Shown here piece by piece: positions 37,150 to 45,055 of a DNA stretch of 64,000 nucleotides. The notes under the pieces are model-generated. The model ran no database searches, was not told the DNA's origin, and saw nothing but the letters and a program-made list of their open reading frames with translations. Source of the stretch: Acutalibacteraceae bacterium. GTDB lineage: Bacteria > Bacillota > Clostridia > Oscillospirales > Acutalibacteraceae. Made by a program: the position numbers and the translations under genes. The DNA lies in contig JAZSEX010000033.1 of the NCBI GenBank assembly GCA_045531935.1, positions 16,294 through 80,293 of the forward strand, in the 5' to 3' direction. The number at the start of each line of letters is the position of its first letter. The first letter of the stretch is position 1.

Positions 37150-38036
37150 GCTACAAATCAATTATAATCGGACACATCACAAACGATATTAACACCGACT
37201 GCGAAGGCAACACGGAAGAAATGGCAGGCGGTGCGATACTCTATTCTGTCGCAGCTGCGACAGCACTCGGTCACGATATTGCCGCAGTTACAAAGCTGCC
37301 CGTAAGTGAGAGAGCACGTGTGCTTGAGCTTGCAGTAGAGCCTGATGCAATTTTCTGCTCCACAGGTGAAAGTGCCTGCGATATGGTGAACACTTACTTT
37401 ACACCCGATAAAGAGCGCCGCAAAAGCGTTTGCGAAAGTGCAGGCACACCTTTTACCGCAGAAGATATTCCCGACGAGGAGACTGACGTAATTTACTTTG
37501 CAGGTCTTGTCTACGGTGATTTTGACAGCGAGATGATAATTGAAGCTTCCGAAAAGGCGGCTGTTGCTGTTGACCTTCAGGGCTTCCTGCGTCACGTAAA
37601 TGATGACGGTACAATGGAGCTTCGTGACTGGGAAGAAAAAGAGGATATCATCCCCTACATCACATACCTCAAGGCTGATGCCGCAGAGGCTGAAATCCTT
37701 ACAGGTACGGCTGACAGAAAAGAGGCCGCAAGAATAATGTATGACTGGGGTGCAGACGAAATAATCATCACCCACAACACTGAAGTACTTGTATTTGACG
37801 GTGATGATTTCTACACCTGCCCTATCCGCTCAAGAAACTTAAGCGGCAGGACAGGCAGAGGCGACACAACATTCAGCGCATACATCTGCGAGAGACAGGA
37901 GTTTGAAATTGACGAGGCACTGCTTCTTGCAACGGCTACCGTTTCACTCAAGATGGAAACTCCCGGCCCGTTCGGCGGCACGAGAGATGACGTGAAAGAC
38001 TATATCAACGAATTTTACAGAGATTATATAGATTAA
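37146..38036 (+). CDS. PfkB-family carbohydrate kinase
   Basis: GGAILYSVAAA (motif 1) and an atypical motif 2, GRTGRGDTTFSAY. Confidence 0.7.
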   Translation: MSYKSIIIGHITNDINTDCEGNTEEMAGGAILYSVAAATALGHDIAAVTKLPVSERARVLELAVEPDAIFCSTGESACDMVNTYFTPDKERRKSVCESAGTPFTAEDIPDEETDVIYFAGLVYGDFDSEMIIEASEKAAVAVDLQGFLRHVNDDGTMELRDWEEKEDIIPYITYLKADAAEAEILTGTADRKEAARIMYDWGADEIIITHNTEVLVFDGDDFYTCPIRSRNLSGRTGRGDTTFSAYICERQEFEIDEALLLATATVSLKMETPGPFGGTRDDVKDYINEFYRDYID

Positions 38037-38053
38037 CAGAAGGACTGAAAAAG

Positions 38054-39037
38054 ATGAAGTATGCCGTTGTCGGCACAAGCTGGATTACAGAAGAATTTAT
38101 AATGGGTGCAGAGCTTGTCGAAGGGCTTGAGCTTTTTGGTGTATGCTCACGCAGCTACTCAAAGGGCAAGGCACTTGCGGAAAAATTCGGTGCACCCCGT
38201 GTATTTATTGACCTTTACGACCTTGCGAGATGCGGTGACGTTGAGGCTGTTTACGTAGCTAGCCCGAACTCGCTTCACTACGAGCAATGCAAGCTGTTGC
38301 TCGGTGCAGGCAAGCACGTAATATGTGAAAAACCGATTACGGTTACACCTGCCGAGCTTCAGGAGCTGCAGACACTTGCCGCAGAAAACGGCAGAGTATA
38401 CATTGAAGCAATAATGTATATGCACAGCCCCGTAAGACCCAAGCTCAAGGCTTCACTTCAGGCACTTGGCAATATCACGGCGGCACATTTTGATTTTTCA
38501 CAGCTTTCATCAAAATACCCTGCATACAAAAGAGGAGAAAACCCGAATATTTTCAATCCGAAATTTGCTACGGGCTGCCTGATGGACCTTGGTATTTACT
38601 GTATTTACCCTGCACTTGATCTTTTCGGAGCACCGAAAAATATTATCAGCACCGCAAGATTTCTTGAAAGCGGTGCAGACAGCGGCGGTACAACGGTTTT
38701 TGAGTATGACAATATGCTGTTGACTATGACCTGGTCTAAGGTTTCGCAGGATTTCTGCGGCAGTCAGATTCTCGGTGACGAGGGTACGGTTACTATAGGC
38801 TCGATATCACAGCTCAATCACATTTCGTTCTGCCGCAAAGGCAGTGAACCTATGGAAGTAATAGGAGAAACGGAAAAGCACGTGATAATGTCGCACGAGG
38901 CACAGGCTTTCTATGACTTCATCACAAAGCCTGAAGAAACAGCCGAGAGATACAAAGAGGCAAGCCGTATGGCACTTGCCGTAAGCACCGTAATGGAGCA
39001 GATAAGAAAACAGACCGGAATTAAGTTTAATATATGA
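38054..39037 (+). CDS. Gfo/Idh/MocA-family NAD(P)-dependent oxidoreductase
   Basis: N-terminal Rossmann segment YAVVGTSWI, plus the VYVASPNSLHYEQ and EKP motifs. Confidence 0.85.
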   Translation: MKYAVVGTSWITEEFIMGAELVEGLELFGVCSRSYSKGKALAEKFGAPRVFIDLYDLARCGDVEAVYVASPNSLHYEQCKLLLGAGKHVICEKPITVTPAELQELQTLAAENGRVYIEAIMYMHSPVRPKLKASLQALGNITAAHFDFSQLSSKYPAYKRGENPNIFNPKFATGCLMDLGIYCIYPALDLFGAPKNIISTARFLESGADSGGTTVFEYDNMLLTMTWSKVSQDFCGSQILGDEGTVTIGSISQLNHISFCRKGSEPMEVIGETEKHVIMSHEAQAFYDFITKPEETAERYKEASRMALAVSTVMEQIRKQTGIKFNI

Positions 39038-39046
39038 TATCAATTC

Positions 39047-39236
39047 AATGCGTTTTGAAAAAACGCAAATCATGCAAAATGAAATTTTGCAAATCAAGAT
39101 TTTGAAAAAATCAAATCATGCCGTAAGGCAAATCATAAAAACAATTATAAATGATTTGGCTTCGCCATGATTTCTCGCTTAACGCTCCATGATTTGTTGC
39201 TTAACGCAACATGATTTGAATCGATAAATCGATTCA
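39047..39236. repeat. array of about 8-9 short units built on the 8-mer CAAATCAT(G)/(C)ATGATTTG, which switches orientation mid-array and is interleaved with mini-palindromes
   Basis: Forward copies at 39065-75, 39089-98 (variant), 39111-22 and 39128-37. Reverse copies at 39151-58, 39166-73, 39188-95 and 39210-18. Spacers are small palindromes: GCGTTTT-GAA-AAAACGC, GCAAAAT-GAA-ATTTTGC, GATTTT-GAA-AAAATC, GTTGC-TTAAC-GCAAC, GAATCGAT-AA-ATCGATTC. Confidence 0.7.
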
Positions 39237-39275
39237 TTATTTATATCCATAAATACTAAAAGGACAGTGAGTAAA

Positions 39276-40220
39276 ATGAAACTATCACTTGTTGTACCGT
39301 GTTACAACGAAGAACAGAACGTAGCTTTATTCTATCAGACAGCAAAAGCTGTTTTTGATGCAGAGGGCTACAGCTATGAGCTTGTTTTTGTAAACGACGG
39401 CTCGAAAGACAACACACTCGGCGAACTGAAAAAGCTGCACGCTGAAGCAGACGGCAACATCCGCATTGTAAGCTTTTCGCGCAACTTCGGTAAGGAGGCG
39501 GCCATGTACGCAGGCATTGAGCACGCAAAGGGTGAGCTTGTATGCCTTATAGATGCTGACCTTCAGCAGAGACCTGAGGTTGTTGCATATATGGTAAAGA
39601 GACTTGACGAAGTGCCCGAGCTTGACTGCGTTGCGGCTTATCAGGCAGAGCGTCACGAAAGCGGCACACTTAAATTCTTCAAGTCGAGCTTTTACAAGCT
39701 GATTAACTCTGTATCCGACACAAAATTTGTACAGGGTGCAAGCGATTTCCGCACATTCCGCCGCAGTGTTGCAGAAGCTGTACTTTCAATGGGTGAATAC
39801 CACAGATTTTCAAAGGGTATTCTCTCGTGGGTAGGCTTCAACACAGAATATATACCGTACGAAGTACAGGAGCGTGCCGCAGGCGAAAGCAAGTGGTCAT
39901 TCAAAAAGCTTTTCAAGTATGCTGTCGATGGCATTATGGCTTTCTCTACAGCACCGCTCGCAATTCCGACAGCACTCGGAATTATGCTGACGGTAATATC
40001 TTTCATATATCTTGCGGCAAAGGGCATATACTGTGCACTGAGCCTTTATGAAAGCTTTTCTCAGGGCTCCGTGTTGATATTCCTTCTGCTTCTCATCGGC
40101 GGACTTCAGCTGCTGAGCATAGGAATTATAGGTAAGTACCTTGCAAAGACCTATGAGCAGAGCAAGAAGCGACCGATTTATATTGCAAGAGAAATTATTG
40201 AGCCAAAAAACGATGACTGA
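39276..40220 (+). CDS. GT2 polyprenyl-phosphate glycosyltransferase (GtrB/ArnC/DPM1-like) with two C-terminal TM helices
   Basis: LSLVVPCYNEE, VFVNDGSKDNT, DADLQ and C-terminal hydrophobic helices. The ATG at 39276 is 12 nt after AGGA; the track start GTG 39267 is too close to the RBS. Confidence 0.85.
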   Translation: MKLSLVVPCYNEEQNVALFYQTAKAVFDAEGYSYELVFVNDGSKDNTLGELKKLHAEADGNIRIVSFSRNFGKEAAMYAGIEHAKGELVCLIDADLQQRPEVVAYMVKRLDEVPELDCVAAYQAERHESGTLKFFKSSFYKLINSVSDTKFVQGASDFRTFRRSVAEAVLSMGEYHRFSKGILSWVGFNTEYIPYEVQERAAGESKWSFKKLFKYAVDGIMAFSTAPLAIPTALGIMLTVISFIYLAAKGIYCALSLYESFSQGSVLIFLLLLIGGLQLLSIGIIGKYLAKTYEQSKKRPIYIAREIIEPKNDD

Positions 40221-41106
40221 TTATAACGAGTTTATTTCCGCCTTTTTCTCTCGAGCAGATGCCGAGTGGAAAAGCATAGCGGTTGACGGAGTAACATACA
40301 CCGTATTCGCTCTGCCCTACACTCAGCTTGATTTTCCGCCCGAGGGATATGCATTTGTTGACAGCTACTACGTTGCATCAAACCGTGCGTATTTCTTACG
40401 CAAAGAGCTTATACAGAAGTTGGCTGATGAAGGCTTTGAAACGGTTGAATGCACCCTGCCCTACAAGAGCGTTGCATATCATTCGGGGCTTGGTGTGCCG
40501 CTTAGAAGCACGCTTATTGCAAACAAAAAATTCGGTACACGCATGGCACTCGAAATTGTCGGTGTACGGGGCGTTTACGCAAAAGAGATAAGTGCTGAAA
40601 CCGTACTGCAAAAACCTGAAATGGCGGCGTTTTGCCGCTCCTGCGGTATATGCGAAAGCGTATGCCCGAGAGGCTGTATCTCAGCCGATAAATTTGACAG
40701 AAACGCATGCTTAAGAAGCGTACAGGAGAGTGCCGACTTATCTGACGAAGATGCCGCAAACGCTATGAGGACTCAGCTCTGGGGTTGTGATATCTGTCAG
40801 CGCTGCTGTCCGTTTAACAGCCACCTTGAATCAAGAGAAATGACGGAAAACGAAAAAAAGCTGTTTGATATTGATAACCTTTACAAAGCTTTTTCTTCGG
40901 GCAAAAAGGGATGTGAGCCTTACCGTGATATACTCGGCGGAAACTACCTGCGACCTGCAAAGCTGACGGCACTGGTGCTGAATGTTATGGCAAACAGCAG
41001 TGACCCGGGGAAATACGGAAAATACGCTGAGGAGTGTATAAACCACAGCGATATAAGAGTACAAACAGCCGCAAAAAGACTGTTGGATAAAACAACGGGG
41101 TATTGA
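40213..41106 (+). CDS. QueG-like (epoxyqueuosine reductase family) 4Fe-4S protein with a HEAT-like C-terminus
   Basis: CRSCGICESVCP and CDICQRCCPFN ferredoxin motifs, plus KSVAYHSGLG as in QueG. The ATG at 40213 overlaps the upstream stop (ATGACTGA). The protein is shorter than typical QueG. Confidence 0.6.
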   Translation: MTDYNEFISAFFSRADAEWKSIAVDGVTYTVFALPYTQLDFPPEGYAFVDSYYVASNRAYFLRKELIQKLADEGFETVECTLPYKSVAYHSGLGVPLRSTLIANKKFGTRMALEIVGVRGVYAKEISAETVLQKPEMAAFCRSCGICESVCPRGCISADKFDRNACLRSVQESADLSDEDAANAMRTQLWGCDICQRCCPFNSHLESREMTENEKKLFDIDNLYKAFSSGKKGCEPYRDILGGNYLRPAKLTALVLNVMANSSDPGKYGKYAEECINHSDIRVQTAAKRLLDKTTGY

Positions 41107-41109
41107 TTT

Positions 41110-43050
41110 ATGAAAAAGAGAATTTTAAGTATTGCACTGTGCATTATTATGATAATCACGGCAGCATTGCCCGTAGCTTCGGCAGACAGCACCAATACCG
41201 CATACGAGGCCCTGCCCGAGCTTGAAACAACTCAGACTCCACTGCGCACACGCAAAAAGGTTGACGGACTCAGACTTTACGTTGACGAACAAAATCCGCT
41301 GTTTATGATAAGAAACTGCCCGATATGGGGTGGTCCGCAAACGGGTGAAGCCTTTGCCTCATATGCAATCAAGACATACTTTGCACTGCCCGAGGATGTT
41401 AGAAACTTTGCAGTAATTTACATAGACGAAGGCCCAACGGATATGACACCCGCAAGACAGCTTGAATTCTGGGACGAGCTGCTGACAATAACAGATGCGG
41501 CAGGTGTGCCTATCGTCTGCCAGTCCGAATGCTTCTGCACCAACAAGACCCGTGACCCCTTTACTCAGGAGGAGCTTTCTGCTGTATTCAAAGAGCACCC
41601 CTCTATGATGGGTTTTGTGCAGGTTGAGCTTTCGACCAACGGTGTCACAAACGAAAAGCTCGCCTATGACGAAGTAACGGATGACCAAGGCGTTAACAAA
41701 AATATTCTCAGACGTATGAAATCCTGTATCAAAGCTTGCGCCGAAAACGGAGGTCTTTTCATCTGGCAGGATATGGAATACATCTACTGGAAAAAAGCAA
41801 ACTACGTCAACCATATTCTCAAGGACAGAGAGCTTTACGACCTGCTCAAGGCAAACACCGAAAATATAATTATTATGGATAAGCACAACGGTCACGGCAG
41901 ACACTTTGCAAGCCAGTCAAATATCTTCGGCTGCTGGCTTGACGATGTATGCGGCAACTGGGGTGTAAACCTTGAAAATTTCCTTTGGTATGAAGAAGGC
42001 TTTATTGAGTATGACGACCTCGGCGTTGCCCCGAATGAGCCTGATCCTATCACAACAGCTAAATATCCGCCTGCACTTTTCGGCATTGATATGATTGCTG
42101 ACCTTATCGGAGGTGCAACGGTTTACGCGATAGAGGGCACATTCAGCAGAGGCGGACTGTATCATTTTGTTGACGGTGAGGTAATTCTCACGCCCACCTT
42201 CTACGAGGTGCTTTACCCTATCTATCAGCTCATCTTAAACGGTGCAGTGCCCGACAAGGAAGAAGTAAAATCAAACATCAAGGTAGCATACAAGATGTCC
42301 AACCCGAGAGCTTACGCACTCAGCGGTAACGATGCACACATTCTGCAGGGTCTTTACTGCGACACCTTCACCTTCTTCCAGGAGAAGTTTGAAAATATAT
42401 ATTTCGACTGCACCAAGACGTGGGTACCCTCGACGGCAAGGTATTACATAATGCCCATTCTGCCGATTTATTCTGACCCTGAAGAAGTACTGCCCGAGAG
42501 CACGATTCTCAGCGATTTCTCATATTTCATCAATCTGCTTTTCATTAATCCGCTCAAGGTGAAATTCTTCAATGAACACTATGAAGAAACCTATGAGGGT
42601 GACGGCGTGCTGTTTGATATTAATGATTATATTTATATATTCAACAGCAACGAGAACAAAACGATTGACAGCGAACAGAGTGTAAGCTACACACTCGACA
42701 GCGGTAAAAAGATTAACACCACCTTTGTCGCACACACCTATGCGATACTCAACGAAAGTGACAGCGGCATAAACATTGACCTTTGCAACCTGCGACTTGA
42801 TACAGACGCTGTATGCAGCGGTCAGGAAGACGAAAATAGCTTTATGACCGCCTACGCACTCGGCGGCAAGCGAAACAACCCCAACGATTTCAGAGAGTCC
42901 GTAATTGAGCTTTCGGGCTTTGAAACCGAGCCGACAGTAACCGCCGCAGGCGCAAACGGCGCAACAATGAAACTTAAGTGGAATGAAGAAACAAAAACGC
43001 TTACCCTTTCAGTAATATCAAACGGCGAAGTAAGAATTACAGTAGAATAA
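41110..43050 (+). CDS. secreted 646-aa protein of unknown function, possibly polysaccharide-active
   Basis: Signal peptide MKKRILSIALCIIMIITAALPVASA and a C-terminal beta-sandwich-like tail. No family was recognised by eye. Confidence 0.65.
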   Translation: MKKRILSIALCIIMIITAALPVASADSTNTAYEALPELETTQTPLRTRKKVDGLRLYVDEQNPLFMIRNCPIWGGPQTGEAFASYAIKTYFALPEDVRNFAVIYIDEGPTDMTPARQLEFWDELLTITDAAGVPIVCQSECFCTNKTRDPFTQEELSAVFKEHPSMMGFVQVELSTNGVTNEKLAYDEVTDDQGVNKNILRRMKSCIKACAENGGLFIWQDMEYIYWKKANYVNHILKDRELYDLLKANTENIIIMDKHNGHGRHFASQSNIFGCWLDDVCGNWGVNLENFLWYEEGFIEYDDLGVAPNEPDPITTAKYPPALFGIDMIADLIGGATVYAIEGTFSRGGLYHFVDGEVILTPTFYEVLYPIYQLILNGAVPDKEEVKSNIKVAYKMSNPRAYALSGNDAHILQGLYCDTFTFFQEKFENIYFDCTKTWVPSTARYYIMPILPIYSDPEEVLPESTILSDFSYFINLLFINPLKVKFFNEHYEETYEGDGVLFDINDYIYIFNSNENKTIDSEQSVSYTLDSGKKINTTFVAHTYAILNESDSGINIDLCNLRLDTDAVCSGQEDENSFMTAYALGGKRNNPNDFRESVIELSGFETEPTVTAAGANGATMKLKWNEETKTLTLSVISNGEVRITVE

Positions 43051-43057
43051 AAAAATA

Positions 43058-43087
43058 AAGTCCACTGAATTTTTCAGTGGACTTTTA
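43058..43087 (+). terminator. rho-independent terminator of the polysaccharide operon
   Basis: AGTCCACTG-AATTTTT-CAGTGGACT followed by TTTTAAT. Confidence 0.75.
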
Positions 43088-43101
43088 ATATTGCAAACCC
43101 C

Positions 43102-43315
43102 GAGGCTTCGAAAAAGGTGACGTGATGCTGTGTTTTTTGCCCCGAAGCTGTACAAAGGTACCGCGAGAGGGCAAAAACACAGCAAACACACAATTCTCTA
43201 TATAAAAAATACCGAGAGGAATCATATGAAAGCCTCTCGGTTTTATATTGATTTATTTTGCAAAAAGTTTTTCACATTTTATTGTGTGTGTTCACGGTGA
43301 CTTTTTCGAAGCCTC
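43102..43315. repeat. nested inverted-repeat element (~215 bp) in the convergent intergenic region
   Basis: The outer 15-bp inverted repeat GAGGCTTCGAAAAAG / CTTTTTCGAAGCCTC (43102-16 / 43301-15) encloses three further pairs: hairpin GCTGTGTTTTT(T)GCCC / GGGCAAAAACACAGC (43127-43 / 43169-83), AACACACAAT / ATTGTGTGTT (43185-94 / 43281-92), and the CCGAGAGG / CCTCTCGG hairpin. Confidence 0.6.
43204..43246. terminator. bidirectional hairpin, probable ribF terminator
   Basis: CCGAGAGG (43212-19) / CCTCTCGG (43233-40), flanked by an A-run upstream and TTTTAT downstream. Confidence 0.6.
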
Positions 43316-43318
43316 ACT

Positions 43319-44188
43319 TCACATTTTATCTTTTTTTAGCTGAGCTTTCAACTCGTCGAGCGACTCGAATTTCATTTCGGCACGCTTATATTTCTGCAGG
43401 CGTACCTCTATAGACTTGCCGTAGAGGTCACCGTCGTAACCGATGATATGCGTTTCGCTTCGCTGCTCGTCATTTTCAAACGAAGGGCGTCTGCCGATAT
43501 TTGTAACGGAGCGGTACCAAGTGCCGTCGACACAGGTGCGTGAAGCGTAGACACCGTATTTGGGCACAATCAGCCCATCGGGGAAAAGCTGATTTATAGT
43601 CGGGCAGTTGAGCGACCTGCCGAGGTGGTCACCGTGTACAACCTCGAGCGTGTAGCCGAATTCTCTGCCGAGCATTTCGTTTGCCGACTCGATATCGCCG
43701 CCCTCGATTGCCGCACGTATACGGGTTGAGCTTACGGCTTCGCCGCCGCAACTGACGGCAGGTGTAACGCTGAACATAATGCCCGTAATTTCACACAGCC
43801 AGCCAAGCAGAGTGCTGTCGCCCTCGCCGCCTTTACCGAAACGGTAATTGAAGCCGCAGCTGAGCATACCTGCATTGAGCTCACCTGCAAGAATTTTTAC
43901 AAAAAACTCCTGCGGTGCATAATCTTTAATTTTCAAAAAATCTATTCTGACGACCTCAACACCCATATCGGCAAATAATTTTTCCTTATCTGCCTCGGTT
44001 ATAAGTGCCGGTGCCTCACGTGAATCAATAACGCACGAAGGCAGAGGGCTGAGCAGCAACACCGTAGGTATCATATCCCACTTTTGTGCCGCCTGTACAG
44101 CCGCATTTATAACTGCGGTATGGCCTTTATGAATGCCGTCAAAATTACCCAGAGCTATTGCTCTTTTTTTATTATTCATATTCTTCAC
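43319..44188 (-). CDS. ribF: bifunctional riboflavin kinase / FAD synthetase
   Basis: ALGNFDGIHKGH at the N-terminus and a C-terminal riboflavin kinase segment (PTINQ ... VTNIGRRPSF). Confidence 0.9.
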   Translation of the reverse strand: MKNMNNKKRAIALGNFDGIHKGHTAVINAAVQAAQKWDMIPTVLLLSPLPSCVIDSREAPALITEADKEKLFADMGVEVVRIDFLKIKDYAPQEFFVKILAGELNAGMLSCGFNYRFGKGGEGDSTLLGWLCEITGIMFSVTPAVSCGGEAVSSTRIRAAIEGGDIESANEMLGREFGYTLEVVHGDHLGRSLNCPTINQLFPDGLIVPKYGVYASRTCVDGTWYRSVTNIGRRPSFENDEQRSETHIIGYDGDLYGKSIEVRLQKYKRAEMKFESLDELKAQLKKDKM

Positions 44189-44191
44189 CTT

Positions 44192-45055
44192 TTAGGTTTC
44201 TGAATAGATACGCTTGATTTTAAGTTGTTCGGAGTCTGCTTCACCGAGACCGAGAAACCTACCTTCGGGTGAGTAGACTTTAAGTATACCGTCCTCAAGA
44301 GGAGAATGGATACGGTTTCGGTCAAGTGCACCGCCGTTTGAAAAACGCTGTGCCTGCGCGGCTGTTACGGTAACACTCGGATACTGAAGCAAAGTATCAA
44401 GGGCGACAACATCACCCTCACTGAGTTCTTCGAGGGTTTTACACTGAGAAATATCAACACCGTGTGCCTCAACTCTGCGAAGAGAGGTGAGCACAGCACC
44501 GCAGCCGAGCTTTGTGCCGATATCTGAGCTGAGCGAACGCACATAGGTGCCTGCAGAGCAGCTGACACGAAACGAAAACTCCTGCTTTGATTCATCCGCA
44601 CCCGTCATTTCAAGCAAATATATATTTACTTTACGGCTTTCACGCTCTATTTCAATGCCTTCACGGGCAAGCTCATAGAGCTTTTTGCCGTCTTTTTTTA
44701 TTGCGGAATACATCGGCGGCACCTGATAGATTTCGCCGAGAAAAGAAAGCATTGCCGACTCGAAATCTGCTGTTTTAAAGGCAGTTTCGGTCTGCGAAAG
44801 TACAGTGCCCTCGATATCGAGAGTATCGGTTGTGACACCAAGACGCACCGTTGCCTCATAAGCCTTATCGTGCGAATTGATAAACTCTATAAAACGTGTT
44901 GCACCGCCGAGCATTACAACAAGCACACCTGTTGCCATAGGGTCAAGAGTGCCGGTATGACCTGATTTTTTCGCATCAAGAACGCGTCGCACTCTGTTGG
45001 CGGCAACAAACGAAGTCAGCCCCTTGGGCTTGTCCAGAAAAACTACACCCGTCAT
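44192..45055 (-). CDS. truB: tRNA pseudouridine(55) synthase
   Basis: GHTGTLDPMATGVL catalytic motif, QVPPMYSAIK and a PUA-like C-terminus. Confidence 0.9.
   Translation of the reverse strand: MTGVVFLDKPKGLTSFVAANRVRRVLDAKKSGHTGTLDPMATGVLVVMLGGATRFIEFINSHDKAYEATVRLGVTTDTLDIEGTVLSQTETAFKTADFESAMLSFLGEIYQVPPMYSAIKKDGKKLYELAREGIEIERESRKVNIYLLEMTGADESKQEFSFRVSCSAGTYVRSLSSDIGTKLGCGAVLTSLRRVEAHGVDISQCKTLEELSEGDVVALDTLLQYPSVTVTAAQAQRFSNGGALDRNRIHSPLEDGILKVYSPEGRFLGLGEADSEQLKIKRIYSET

Noticed and set aside
37158-37775. 205-aa minus-strand ORF.
   Set aside because: It is antisense to the PfkB kinase gene, Cys-rich, and has no start context.
39047-39236. Possible CRISPR array, given the repeat-spacer appearance.
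   Set aside because: Units are only 14-24 bp with an 8-9-nt conserved core. The orientation flips mid-array, the spacers are palindromes, and no cas genes are in the window.
24176-43050. Calling the polysaccharide locus a horizontally acquired genomic island.
   Set aside because: No integrase, transposase, tRNA attachment site or flanking direct repeats were seen. Composition differences cannot be quantified by eye.
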